Part shown: in pieces, positions 9,474 to 19,881 of the stretch
Position numbering within the stretch: the first letter of the stretch is position 1
How the letters are laid out: each line of letters opens with the position of its first letter
The notes under the pieces: generated by a model
What the model saw: only the letters and a program-made list of their open reading frames with translations
What the model was told of the DNA's origin: nothing
Databases searched by the model: none
Position numbers and translations under genes: made by a program
IMG/VR virus record: IMGVR_UViG_3300027816_000056
DNA: 64,000 bases
Reading direction: 5' to 3' (one strand)
Source of the DNA: a virus

Positions 9474-10730
9474 TTAAGATTGAAGTTGTATAAATTCATA
9501 TTTAGGATATGCAGATTTTAATCCAAATACCCACATTCCTTGAGATAATCCTATAATTGACCATTCTGATGCTATAGTTACAATTGGAATTCCAGGATTA
9601 TTTACATCATATGCAATAAGTCCTAAAATTTCTTCAAAGAATTTATTTTTTGTTGTATTTAATAATTTAATCATAATGTTTGGATCTAGTACTAAATCAT
9701 TATGTTTTAATTTATTAAACCAAATTGCAGCATTATTAGTTTCATTACTAATTTGTTGACCTATTTTAATAGAAACTTCAGTTTCATCGCCAGAACCTCG
9801 TTGTATTTTATCAAAATCATCAGATGTTATCCAATATGATATTGTTTGATTTCCAGTTTTTATTGTTAAACGAGTATCTCGTATATCAGTATCTAAATCA
9901 GATTTCCATAAAATTTCATGCAGTAGTTGCCACCCTTTATATAGTTGTGACCATCCGCTTTTATAACTTAATTCATTGCTAGAAACGTTATCCATTAATG
10001 GAACAAATATTTTTTCTAATACTTGAATCAAATCATTTAGTTGTTTCCATGAATGTGGATCTACTAAATCTTTTAATTCTTCAAATGAATCTCCCATTGC
10101 AGTTAATGGTTTTATAATATCATTGAAAAAATTTGTGGTATATGTTAATAAATCACCATCAATTGGCATTCCTGCTTTTGCTGGTCGAAAAGTTTTTCCT
10201 TCGGGAGCTTTACCCATTTCACCTGATTTAGTTAATCTAGGTAGCTTACCAATTTCTTTAACTTCCCATTCTCCGCCAGGCATAATAATATCATGAGATG
10301 CCGTTCCACCAGGTTGTGAATCTTTTACTGCTAATAATATTTGTATTTCACCTTTACCCATTCCAGCAGCAGATTTGCCGGTAGGTAATATATCATAAAA
10401 TTTAGTAAATGCTTTATAACCGGTAGACATAAATGAATCAATAGTATGCTGACGATAATTTTTATCAAATTCTATTTTTTCTTCCGGGGACAAATCTTCG
10501 TAGCGATCTAATATTTGTTGTGTTAAATCATCAGATAAATTTAATTGAGAAAATTCTACTTGCTCTGTTATTATACCTTGAGCTTTATTAACTACGACTC
10601 TTGCTTCTAATGGCGTTAAATCAGTCATTTCCAAAATAACATGATATAACATTTCATAATCTTTAGGTCTAGTAGGATAACCTTTCGGTAATCTGTAACT
10701 CCATTCTACTAGTATTGAATCTATGGTCAT
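9474..10730 (-). CDS. Putative PD-(D/E)XK endonuclease with N-terminal leader
   Basis: GKGE...HDII...WEVKE fits E..D..ExK; AATATTTATG motif at 10753-10762 inside the polA 3' end. Confidence 0.5.
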   Translation of the reverse strand: MTIDSILVEWSYRLPKGYPTRPKDYEMLYHVILEMTDLTPLEARVVVNKAQGIITEQVEFSQLNLSDDLTQQILDRYEDLSPEEKIEFDKNYRQHTIDSFMSTGYKAFTKFYDILPTGKSAAGMGKGEIQILLAVKDSQPGGTASHDIIMPGGEWEVKEIGKLPRLTKSGEMGKAPEGKTFRPAKAGMPIDGDLLTYTTNFFNDIIKPLTAMGDSFEELKDLVDPHSWKQLNDLIQVLEKIFVPLMDNVSSNELSYKSGWSQLYKGWQLLHEILWKSDLDTDIRDTRLTIKTGNQTISYWITSDDFDKIQRGSGDETEVSIKIGQQISNETNNAAIWFNKLKHNDLVLDPNIMIKLLNTTKNKFFEEILGLIAYDVNNPGIPIVTIASEWSIIGLSQGMWVFGLKSAYPKYEFIQLQS

Positions 10731-12049
10731 AAAGATATAGTTTTCATTTTATCATAAATATTGCCCACTTTTACTTTTACCGGAAAATCTCCATCTTCTA
10801 ACAGCTGTTTTATCTCCGGCAATATTCGTGTGGCTTCCGAATATTCTACATCAATTAATATTGAGTCATATGTATATAAAATTATGCAACTTGCAAAGTC
10901 TTGTAAATATGTTTGCAATCGTTTTAATTTTTGCACTGATACTTCTGTCTCAACGGCTTGTAAATAGTAATTAAACAATTTATTTGCTGTCATGTTTTGC
11001 ACAACATCTTTGCATATTTTTCTACGTGTTATTGGTGTTTCAATGCAACCCGAAGCCTTCCATTTAGCCCATAGTTTATATACATAATCATTTACTTCTC
11101 GAAAGAATGGAATAGTTAAAAATTCTGAATCTATTCCTCCATACAGCAAACGAAATGTTATGGATTTGCTTTCATTGCGTTGTTCATCAGTTAATTCTGA
11201 TGCACCGAAATAATATTGTCCTAAATAATCATGTATAGATGTTGTTGGTAACTTGTATCCAATTATCCGTGCAATCAATCTAACGTGATATGAATCAAAA
11301 TCCATTTCAACAAGTGCGCCGTTAGGAAATCTACTACAAAATGCAGATCTAGTACCATCTTCTTTGTTCATGGCCGCAAAATTAAAACCTCTGTATGCGT
11401 TACTAGGTCGACCCGTTACGGTATGATAATTGTATTGTGAATACACAAATCCATCTGTTATTAGATCAGGCATTCTAAAATCTTCTGTAACTTGTAATCC
11501 GTTGCTTTCTATTGCAGCAAATACGTCTGGATATGTTGCATTGAATCTTTGATATGAATCTGATAGTTCTGCATTCATACACATAGGCCAGGCATAATGA
11601 CGAATTTTTTGACACATTGCTAAATGTTGTTGCAAAGGAACTATGCTATTAACGTGTGGCAATGCAGAATGCCGCCGCCAATAAAATGTATGTGCTGCAG
11701 TAGGATAATGAGATTCATCATAAGCTTCTCCGTAAGTATACCACCACAATGTTTTAATATCCCATACAGCCCCATTTCCTCCGATTTGAAGCCAGGTCTT
11801 TTTGTCATGAACAAAGATATTCTCCAATTGCAAAAACCGGGACAAATGTTCTGGAAAGCCCCTTAGTTGTTCAGTATGACGAAATGGAACTAGACGCTCT
11901 ACATCATCTTCTGTATATACATACAATGCAATAACTGTATTTGTTACGGGGTGCAGTATCGGACTGGCCAGTACCGGAACAATCAGCGTACGCTTATCAG
12001 CAATACATTGTAGCAATGCATCGATTTCTTCTGCGTGATCCAGTATCAT
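10727..12049 (-). CDS. polA: Family A DNA polymerase, short and atypical (no 5' nuclease, degenerate 3'-5' exo)
   Basis: TVTGRPS, motif A DFDSYHVR, motif B RNESKSITFRLLYG, motif C YTYDS, FPVKVKVG. Confidence 0.88.
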   Translation of the reverse strand: MILDHAEEIDALLQCIADKRTLIVPVLASPILHPVTNTVIALYVYTEDDVERLVPFRHTEQLRGFPEHLSRFLQLENIFVHDKKTWLQIGGNGAVWDIKTLWWYTYGEAYDESHYPTAAHTFYWRRHSALPHVNSIVPLQQHLAMCQKIRHYAWPMCMNAELSDSYQRFNATYPDVFAAIESNGLQVTEDFRMPDLITDGFVYSQYNYHTVTGRPSNAYRGFNFAAMNKEDGTRSAFCSRFPNGALVEMDFDSYHVRLIARIIGYKLPTTSIHDYLGQYYFGASELTDEQRNESKSITFRLLYGGIDSEFLTIPFFREVNDYVYKLWAKWKASGCIETPITRRKICKDVVQNMTANKLFNYYLQAVETEVSVQKLKRLQTYLQDFASCIILYTYDSILIDVEYSEATRILPEIKQLLEDGDFPVKVKVGNIYDKMKTISL

Positions 12050-12053
12050 ACTT

Positions 12054-12085
12054 TAAATATATGAAAAAAATTTCATATAAACAAG
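12054..12085 (-). promoter_or_regulatory. Putative host-sigma promoter for polA
   Basis: CTTG-N20-TATATTTA. Confidence 0.4.
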
Positions 12086-12086
12086 T

Positions 12087-12698
12087 TTATGCATTAATAT
12101 CTGCTGGTGTTTTAAAATCAGTATCAGTATAATATTGCAATGGATTTGTTAGTACGGCACCAATTCCTGGCATCTGTTGTTCTGCAAAACGAATTTGTGC
12201 TAAATTTTGTGATTGAACTCCAGGTACATTAATTCCGCGTGATGATTTTGTATCATCAATGTTTCCTGCAATGCTCCATTTGATTTCAATTGCTTGATAT
12301 ACATTAGGATCTATAACTTGAGATTTCCAAGCATCATATTGCAATTTATTTACTTCTATGATTAATTGTTCATTAACTTTTTTAATAAAATATCTAGTTA
12401 TAAATCCAGCAGATCTATCTTGCACTGTTACGGTTGGTGGTATTACTTGCGGAGTTATGTATTTAGTTTTTAATCTAGTTTTAAGTTTGATATATGTTGT
12501 ATCTCGAGTATCTTCAACATATGGTACTAATTTTTTAGATGTTTTTGCATTCCACGTAGCACCAGTATATACTTCTTTAGTTATATATTTATGATACGCT
12601 CCGCGATATTCTGTTCCATCTTCAGTTTGCCACTCCTTACCATTTGTATGTAAATTGGTAGTAATTTCATCTGGCATATAATACGACTTGATTCTCAT
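12087..12698 (-). CDS. Hypothetical protein at the end of the baseplate operon
   Basis: 203 aa ORF, 2 nt from the upstream gene. Confidence 0.7.
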   Translation of the reverse strand: MRIKSYYMPDEITTNLHTNGKEWQTEDGTEYRGAYHKYITKEVYTGATWNAKTSKKLVPYVEDTRDTTYIKLKTRLKTKYITPQVIPPTVTVQDRSAGFITRYFIKKVNEQLIIEVNKLQYDAWKSQVIDPNVYQAIEIKWSIAGNIDDTKSSRGINVPGVQSQNLAQIRFAEQQMPGIGAVLTNPLQYYTDTDFKTPADINA

Positions 12699-12700
12699 AC

Positions 12701-15073
12701 TTATTCTATACTAGGCCTCATTATACATCTAACATTAGTTGTCCAATCCCCATCTGTAGTAACATTATGTGTAATACTAATTATACTAAACACCGTATGT
12801 ACACGATATCGCAACGGTAATCCATCAAATGTTAAAACATCTCCATAACGCAATCCATTTATACCATCAATAGTAAATTCAACTTCAAATGGAAATAATG
12901 GAGCTGTAATTTGTTGTGATTTTGTTATATCATCAGTTGGAAATTTTATATAACTTTTTAAAGCTCGATTTAATGCACCAATAAATTCTGGTTCATTTGG
13001 TGATAAACTTAAGTTTTTTCTAGTCTCACTCAATGTTTTTAATACATTTTCATGATTATTTTTATATTTTGATATAGCTTTATTTATAGCAACTTCATCT
13101 TTAGAATTATACATAAAATTCATATATGGAGCAATCTGTTCTTCAGTAACTTCATTTCCACTGTTTAATACATAAGATAAATTTTTAACTGATTCTGGTA
13201 ATCGTGCTTTAAATTGAAATTCTCGAACTACGGTACCATTAGGATGATTTGCTAGCATTGGTACCGAATATGGTTCTACACGCGTAACTTGACCTGTTTT
13301 TGAAGTTTTAATATATTTAGTATCAGAAAAATACATTTTATTTAAAAAATCTGGATCTGTTCTTAATTTTAGATCTATAGAGTCTCCAGATGCATATGCA
13401 ATTCTTGCAGAAATTGTTGCTAAGAAATTTTTTAATGTAAAGTTTCTAGTATTTGTTGCAGATAAATCATTTAATACTTTTTGTATGAATTCTATATTAA
13501 TAAAAATTCTAGATGGATAAATAACAGGATCCGTATTATTTGTTGTTTGAGAGTGCACTCCTGGCCATGTAGATCCATCGACAGTTTTAATATCTCCATA
13601 ATATGCTAAATCACCATAATGATTCATTCCATTTTCTTGATTCGGATCTGCTGGCAAAAATAAAATTTCATTAGGAATGCATGATGTTAAATTAGGCAAA
13701 TAATTACTAAATGCAGTTAAATCATCACATAATATTCTAGGAAACTCAACCGATCCAGAAACTTTAGAAGTAATAAATTGATTCGTAAATGAAATTAATG
13801 AACCTAATGTTATATATCTATGATAAAATGATACATTAGTTTCTGATTGATCATTTTCTGAAATACGAGTTGCTAATTGCAATGATTGTGTTACTGCAGC
13901 TGATCCTGTTAATGATGATCTAGATGTTTTTTCTTGTTCTAAAAAATTTTTGATTGCTGCATCATTTAAATCTGGTCTATATGGTTGGCCGTATAATATA
14001 AAATGATCGGTTACTGCTTGTTCGCCGGCTAAATTTTCAAAACGTATAATTCCTGAACCTGCATTATCTGGATTAAACTTTGATATAGATGATTTTATTA
14101 TACTTTCTAAATCATTGAAAAATTCACTCTTTGGTGGTAAATCATCTTTTGTGTTAGATTGTTCTTGCAGTTTTTCTGTATTGTAATTAGGATTAATGCC
14201 AATATCTGTTTGTTGTTTTTTAACATCGGTTTGTTTTGTTGCAGGAGGCATAAACATTGATATATCTGTAAATACATTGCTAGTACCTGTTAAACTTATA
14301 GTAGCATCAATAGTTCCGGCGTCTGTATATGAAAAATCGAATGATGTTATTAAACCTTCAAAACGAAATTTATTCATTCGTCGTATTTCTTGCTTTAAAT
14401 CATCTAAATCCCATCCAGTATCTTTATAACGTTCTTGTAATGCTTTTTCATTAGGTAGTGATCCACTTGTTAATAAACCGTTTGTAGTTGTTTCTTGATT
14501 TATGTTATAATCATTTGCAGTAATAATAGCAGATCTTGGATGTTCTATTTCTATACTAACAAATCTACCAGGACGAAACCAAGTATCTTCAACATCTTCT
14601 AGATCTCGAAATACATTTGGTATAGATAAAGCAACAGTTGCTTTGTTTAGTAATCCCATTGAATGATCACCGATTGAAACATCTACTTGCGTAATATATG
14701 GTCCTGTTCTTCTAGAATCATCTATAAATTTTGTTGATTTTGGAGCTACTTTATTTTCTTTTGAATCGAATATAAATGATGTTTTTGTATATTCCGATGG
14801 AGTTAAAAATCCATCAATAAACCCAGATCCAGAAGCAGAACCATTAGGTAAAAATCTTCCTTGACGAGTTGTAGTTCCACCTAAAACAGAAAATGGTTCT
14901 TTTTTTGGAGTTTTACTAGAATTTCCAGTATATGCCGTAATTGTAACATTGGCTATCTTACCCAACATGAAATCTAATGCTGCATTACTACGATCGCCTT
15001 TACCCGCTTTACCTCGAGCATTTAATTCTTTTTGTAAATTTGCATCAACGTTTGAATAAAATATATTACTCAT
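12701..15073 (-). CDS. Putative baseplate hub protein
   Basis: Follows the LysM gene; FEGLITSFDFS and C-terminal FTIDGINGLRYGD...ITHNV...WTT resemble gp27/late-control-D hub proteins. Confidence 0.6.
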   Translation of the reverse strand: MSNIFYSNVDANLQKELNARGKAGKGDRSNAALDFMLGKIANVTITAYTGNSSKTPKKEPFSVLGGTTTRQGRFLPNGSASGSGFIDGFLTPSEYTKTSFIFDSKENKVAPKSTKFIDDSRRTGPYITQVDVSIGDHSMGLLNKATVALSIPNVFRDLEDVEDTWFRPGRFVSIEIEHPRSAIITANDYNINQETTTNGLLTSGSLPNEKALQERYKDTGWDLDDLKQEIRRMNKFRFEGLITSFDFSYTDAGTIDATISLTGTSNVFTDISMFMPPATKQTDVKKQQTDIGINPNYNTEKLQEQSNTKDDLPPKSEFFNDLESIIKSSISKFNPDNAGSGIIRFENLAGEQAVTDHFILYGQPYRPDLNDAAIKNFLEQEKTSRSSLTGSAAVTQSLQLATRISENDQSETNVSFYHRYITLGSLISFTNQFITSKVSGSVEFPRILCDDLTAFSNYLPNLTSCIPNEILFLPADPNQENGMNHYGDLAYYGDIKTVDGSTWPGVHSQTTNNTDPVIYPSRIFINIEFIQKVLNDLSATNTRNFTLKNFLATISARIAYASGDSIDLKLRTDPDFLNKMYFSDTKYIKTSKTGQVTRVEPYSVPMLANHPNGTVVREFQFKARLPESVKNLSYVLNSGNEVTEEQIAPYMNFMYNSKDEVAINKAISKYKNNHENVLKTLSETRKNLSLSPNEPEFIGALNRALKSYIKFPTDDITKSQQITAPLFPFEVEFTIDGINGLRYGDVLTFDGLPLRYRVHTVFSIISITHNVTTDGDWTTNVRCIMRPSIE

Positions 15074-15366
15074 CTTCTAGAATTTATATTATTTAAAAAA
15101 TTATCTATATCATTTATAGTTGGAATTTGTAGTCTAGTATTTGGAGGTATTACTATTGTTCCTTTGCCAATACCATTTGCTTCAGCAATAATTGGCCAGG
15201 CTGTTGGATCTCCATAAAAACGTTGTGCTAATTTATCTAAACGTTCTGTACTAGTAGTTCTAATTAAAATAAAAGAACCATTATTTACGGGAGGTAATAT
15301 CGTTGTTTCTAATCGACGTTTTCCAGAGTCCGTTTTAATGATTTTAGTTGTTGAATATCGATTCAT
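15070..15366 (-). CDS. LysM-domain baseplate protein (gp53/gpX-like)
   Basis: RLDKLAQRFYGDPTAWPIIAEAN...LQIP. Confidence 0.85.
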   Translation of the reverse strand: MNRYSTTKIIKTDSGKRRLETTILPPVNNGSFILIRTTSTERLDKLAQRFYGDPTAWPIIAEANGIGKGTIVIPPNTRLQIPTINDIDNFLNNINSRR

Positions 15367-17036
15367 GATGTTACCTTTACTGTTCCTTTATCTCTATCTC
15401 GTTTGATCCAACTTTCATTCAATGAACCGGTTGCTGCAGAATTTCCTTTAAAATCGCTTAACCAGTTATCATCTCCCGTTTTGCTTTCACCTGTATTAGG
15501 ATCAAATCTTTTTGCCAATGTATAGAATTTACCATTATTTTGCGGAACTTCATTTCCAATGATATTAAATCCACATTTAACTTCAACACGATGTGGGACT
15601 TGCATGTTAGTAACATCGGCTTCAATATTAGTTTCCCATGTAGAATCTTGATCATGCAATGTATAAGTTAAATCAGTTAATACTACTGGTGTTTGTCGAA
15701 ATAAATCTCCAATTGTTATTCGCATCCATGGGCCGGCCATTGTTATATCAGAATTATAAATTGGAGCTGTATATCCTGCGAGTGCATTTAATTTTCTCCA
15801 TATAGGTTGCAGTTCATCTCGATCTGTTGCATACACAGTAAAATCTAAACTTAAAGATCGTTCAAAACCTTTGTATTGATAATTAGGGTCAGCTCGACCA
15901 ATCATGTTTTGTGCAGCCCATTGTGCATTAAATTGATCACTTAAACTAGAAATCGTAGCTCTGAATACAATAATATCATCAGTTGTATTTCGATCAATAT
16001 CTAGCTCACTTGTAGTTTCTCGAACATCTGGTTGATATAATCCAGGACGAAGTTTTGGTCCAGTAAAATAAAATTTAATAAAATCTTGTGTAAGTCCTAA
16101 TGGTCCAGGAATTGAATGCCAACGATATGCATTCTCCTCAGTTCTTTGACCAAAATCTATAACATTAACACGATCTCCTCGAAACGGAATTCCTAGATCC
16201 GGGAAGCGTTTTGTCTTTTCCCATATTTTTAGATCTTTGTTCCAACGTTTTGATACATGACTTTTCAAAGTAAAATCATTTCGTATAGCAGTTGTAGCAT
16301 CATGACTACCCCAACCATATCCAGTAGTACTAGCACCATCTAAATTAAATACAGCATACGCACCGCCTAACGGATTTGCACTAGCAGCTGCAAACAATCC
16401 GGTACGTGCATTTCCAGTTCTAGTAAATGCAGCAGCGCCATCTAATCTTAACAACGTTGCTGCTCCCGGATTTTCAATAACTCTGCGATTTCTAAAATCG
16501 GCATATTTTACTCCAGGAATAGGTTTAGTTTGATTGGCAGTTAATGTTGCGTATGTTGATGTCTGCGGTCCTATAAATGAATTTACTGCTTGTGAAAGTT
16601 GTGGTATTCCTACTAAACTAGCAACAGCACTGCCGGCTAAACTCAATGCACTTGCACCTATAGAACTTAAAGTAATATTTGATGCTTCTGGGGTCATTGC
16701 AGTCCATACTTTTCCGTTAGAACTATTTCTAATGAATGAAGATTTAAAAAATTCACTATTCCCATCATATACCGGCATTGCTCTGTCTGCAATTCTCGGT
16801 AAATCTTTAACGGTATTATATGGATTTCCAGTATAATATCCAGAAAATGCTGTATATGTAGAAATAAATTGTGGATTATTTCTAGTAGGATTGACGTATG
16901 TTCTAGGTGGACCTATAGGCGGATATGGAGCTTTGAATTGTGCGGTGTTTGCAGTAGGATTTGTATATATTACATCCGGTAATATATTAAATGGAGCCGT
17001 AAATTGTGATTGATTTCCTAATGTTGGATTACTCAT
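15363..17036 (-). CDS. Baseplate/tail-tube initiator-like protein
   Basis: C-terminal FRATISSLSD...W...GRADP.Y.Y.GFERSLSLDF...P.MRITIGD typical of contractile-tail tube initiators; position after tape measure. Confidence 0.6.
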   Translation of the reverse strand: MSNPTLGNQSQFTAPFNILPDVIYTNPTANTAQFKAPYPPIGPPRTYVNPTRNNPQFISTYTAFSGYYTGNPYNTVKDLPRIADRAMPVYDGNSEFFKSSFIRNSSNGKVWTAMTPEASNITLSSIGASALSLAGSAVASLVGIPQLSQAVNSFIGPQTSTYATLTANQTKPIPGVKYADFRNRRVIENPGAATLLRLDGAAAFTRTGNARTGLFAAASANPLGGAYAVFNLDGASTTGYGWGSHDATTAIRNDFTLKSHVSKRWNKDLKIWEKTKRFPDLGIPFRGDRVNVIDFGQRTEENAYRWHSIPGPLGLTQDFIKFYFTGPKLRPGLYQPDVRETTSELDIDRNTTDDIIVFRATISSLSDQFNAQWAAQNMIGRADPNYQYKGFERSLSLDFTVYATDRDELQPIWRKLNALAGYTAPIYNSDITMAGPWMRITIGDLFRQTPVVLTDLTYTLHDQDSTWETNIEADVTNMQVPHRVEVKCGFNIIGNEVPQNNGKFYTLAKRFDPNTGESKTGDDNWLSDFKGNSAATGSLNESWIKRDRDKGTVKVTS

Positions 17037-17047
17037 ATTTTACTCCA

Positions 17048-18811
17048 TTATCCGTAATAAGGTGCATTCATTCCGCCACCAAATAAACGATCGTTTTGTT
17101 TTAATTGTGCTGTTTGATTGTTAATTGCAGCAACTATCATGTTTGCAAATGTTTGCATGTTTGTATTATTACCTCCAGTACCACCTAAGTTTGTGCCAGC
17201 AATAACCATATCATCATCACGTAAATTAATTTGATCAGGGCCCATTAAAATTGCTTTTGAAGACCCTGGTGGTATTACTACATCGCTACCATCTAATTGA
17301 TTAACTTGGTCTGATCCTGGGAGTCCTTTTCCGGTTCCGCCTTTTATTCCTGTTTTTGCATCAGATCCTGCTTTTAATACATTTTTTATTGTTTGCGCGG
17401 TGCCTACAGCATTAATCATTTCATCGGATATGCCTAAGTTTTTTAATAATTCTTTAGCGCCGCCTGTAATACCAGATTTAGTTGCAGAAATTATTTGTTG
17501 TTGATTTCCTAATACTGTAGCAAATAATGTTTCTTGTTCAACATCTAAAATTTGTTTTAATAAATCTTCTGTTGAACGAGTATCAGTTGCATTTTTAAGT
17601 GATTCAAAATCTGCTGGACTTAAAGCTCCAGCTTCTACTGCTGCAGCAGCTTGTTCTAATGCATTTGATCCATTTAAATCTATAGTAATACCAGAAGCTG
17701 CAGCTTTATCTAATATTTTTTTCTTCTGTAGGGCAGATGATAATGATTTTTCATCCATTCCTAATAATTCAGCCATCTGTTTACGAGCAAACAAATTGTT
17801 TTCTAAAGTTTCACCTTCCTGTTCTAAGATTTTATTCATTGCATCTGCTTGTGCATTCATATCACCACGCAATGCTGCCTCTCGGAACGTGTTAGTTAAA
17901 CTCTTACCAGAACTATCAACTAATCGACGACCACTTAGTAATTGATATTCTAATTCTTGTCCGATGCTAGTTTCAATCTGTAACATGTCACTAGATGCTT
18001 TAGCAATTTGTTCAATTGAAAGTCCGAATTTTTTTGCTTTAATTACAGCTGTTTCTAAATTTCCAGGAACCTTTCCATATTGTAATTGTATGTCTTCAGA
18101 TAATCCAGCTATTTCGGTAGTTATCATTGAAAAATAACCTAAATCTCCCGATTCATCACCAAATGCTTTTGCTACAGCTTGTGCTACTCGTAATGATGCA
18201 TCAGCACTTTCATTTTGTGAAGCTGCATATTGTGTATATGAATTTGCTTGTTCTTCAGATAATCCTAAATTAGTTCTTGTTATATCTTGAACTTTTTGTA
18301 AACTTGCATAAAATTCAGTATTAGTATTAGCTGTTTGATTAAACGTTGGTAGCATTTTTTTAATACCAACGGCATACTGCATACTTTGTTGACTAGTAAA
18401 TTTATAAGTAGATGCTACTTTTTGTAAATTTTCTGATAGTTTTGCTGCAGCTGCAGTTGTTATACCAAAACCTTTATTTAATTGTTTATTTCGATTTTCT
18501 AATGCTAATGCATCTTTTGTAGCCTCTGTATATGCATCGCCTAATGAACTTACACGTTTTGCAATTGTTTGTATACCAAGTGAGGTTGCAAATCCTTTAT
18601 TCAATTTATCAAAAGCAGAACCAAAATTATCAACAGCTGTTGTTAAAGTTTTAATTAAATCTAAAAAAGCTTTGCCACTGTCAGTTACTGTATTCCAATC
18701 GATATTTAACGGATTATTATATGGATTATCATTATTTGGAGTGTCTGCCATACCATGCCGAGCTTGTTGTTTTAAACGCAGAATTAAATCATATTGTGAG
18801 TTCTTTATCAT
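17048..18811 (-). CDS. Tape measure protein
   Basis: Ala/Leu/Gln-rich helical protein after tube and chaperone genes. Confidence 0.7.
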   Translation of the reverse strand: MIKNSQYDLILRLKQQARHGMADTPNNDNPYNNPLNIDWNTVTDSGKAFLDLIKTLTTAVDNFGSAFDKLNKGFATSLGIQTIAKRVSSLGDAYTEATKDALALENRNKQLNKGFGITTAAAAKLSENLQKVASTYKFTSQQSMQYAVGIKKMLPTFNQTANTNTEFYASLQKVQDITRTNLGLSEEQANSYTQYAASQNESADASLRVAQAVAKAFGDESGDLGYFSMITTEIAGLSEDIQLQYGKVPGNLETAVIKAKKFGLSIEQIAKASSDMLQIETSIGQELEYQLLSGRRLVDSSGKSLTNTFREAALRGDMNAQADAMNKILEQEGETLENNLFARKQMAELLGMDEKSLSSALQKKKILDKAAASGITIDLNGSNALEQAAAAVEAGALSPADFESLKNATDTRSTEDLLKQILDVEQETLFATVLGNQQQIISATKSGITGGAKELLKNLGISDEMINAVGTAQTIKNVLKAGSDAKTGIKGGTGKGLPGSDQVNQLDGSDVVIPPGSSKAILMGPDQINLRDDDMVIAGTNLGGTGGNNTNMQTFANMIVAAINNQTAQLKQNDRLFGGGMNAPYYG

Positions 18812-18823
18812 TTATTATAAATA

Positions 18824-19052
18824 TTAACGCCTGTTACTTTTGCGTTTTGCATTTTGTTGAGCTTGTAGAACAGATTCTGCATATTCTTCTCGTTCTTTTA
18901 AGATTTTATTTATGCGACGAGTCCAGTGCGTACGAATATGTACGGGCATATAATATATATCATTCCAATGCCATCGACCTTCACCGTGCCATAATAAATT
19001 AAAAAGATTGTCGTGCATGGCTACACGATCTTTTGGATTAAAACCAAAAAAG
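18824..19052 (-). CDS. Tail assembly chaperone, frameshifted C-terminal extension (GT-like)
   Basis: +1 frame open across CTTTTTTGG; W.W..IYYMP..IR..W motif; no SD before the internal ATG at 19018. Confidence 0.6.
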
Positions 19053-19793
19053 TTGTGGTCCGATCGGAAACCCGGTAGTGAAGGTGCTCCCATCTTCACC
19101 TTCAATTTCAACTGTTAAATCTAAACCAGGTGTGTTATCCGAAACATATTTTCGAAAACGTTTTGAATCTAATGATAAAAATTCATAACGAATAAAATTT
19201 TCAATAACAGATTTATCACGAGAATCATTTACTTGTGTTATAATGTTTTTTAAATATCCAGATATAGTATCTTCTACAGAATCTTTTGTTGGATAATGAA
19301 ACCATATAGTGTGAGTATCTGTTTTAAATGAAAATTCTCCTGCTTCATTTGGTTGCAAAGAAAATGTCCTTGGTTTTAAAGTTTTTAAATCTACAGTTCT
19401 AGTAATATCATTGTTTGTTTTTGGATCTGTTACGACTACTTCATAATCTGAGCCATATGCTAATATTCTAGCATTGATAATTAATCCTAATTTGTCTACA
19501 ATAGATATTTCTGATACATTTACTGGAGGTAATATTACAGATTCTAACAATTTATCAAATACTACGCCGTTTTGTATGTAAGATGCATTAGTTAAAATAT
19601 CTTCATCATATGCAGTCATGTAACGCATTTCTACGGTGCCAGAACTTAAAATGGATGATTGCGGATATATTTTTCCTCCGCTTGATAATGGAACAATAAC
19701 CGAAGGCAATTTGCTTTTTTGTTCGGTTTCGTATTGTTTTCGTGCTAAATTAATAATGTTTTGATTGTCAACTCGATCTGTCAATTTACTCAT
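19038..19793 (-). CDS. Tail/baseplate assembly chaperone (G-like; T4 gp26/gp51-like)
   Basis: LSSGGKIY, MRYMTAYDEDILT, ARILAYG, C-terminal LFW; between tube and tape measure. Confidence 0.7.
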   Translation of the reverse strand: MSKLTDRVDNQNIINLARKQYETEQKSKLPSVIVPLSSGGKIYPQSSILSSGTVEMRYMTAYDEDILTNASYIQNGVVFDKLLESVILPPVNVSEISIVDKLGLIINARILAYGSDYEVVVTDPKTNNDITRTVDLKTLKPRTFSLQPNEAGEFSFKTDTHTIWFHYPTKDSVEDTISGYLKNIITQVNDSRDKSVIENFIRYEFLSLDSKRFRKYVSDNTPGLDLTVEIEGEDGSTFTTGFPIGPQLFWF

Positions 19794-19817
19794 TTGAATC
19801 CTTTATATAACCTTTAT

Positions 19818-19827
19818 TATAAATATC
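19818..19827 (-). promoter_or_regulatory. GATATTTATA motif (putative late promoter)
   Basis: Immediately after the tube terminator, 24 nt before ATG. Confidence 0.6.
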
Positions 19828-19835
19828 ATGAACAT

Positions 19836-19862
19836 AAAAAATGGGAGTCATAAACTCCCATT
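19836..19862 (-). terminator. Intrinsic terminator after tail tube gene
   Basis: AATGGGAGT-TTATG-ACTCCCATT-TTTT. Confidence 0.85.
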
Positions 19863-19881
19863 CTAGTTACTAGTATTTTGA

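Noticed and set aside
19053-19111. TTG start at 19111 for the 95 aa ORF
   Set aside because: Lies inside the upstream gene with no SD; better explained as a frameshift extension.
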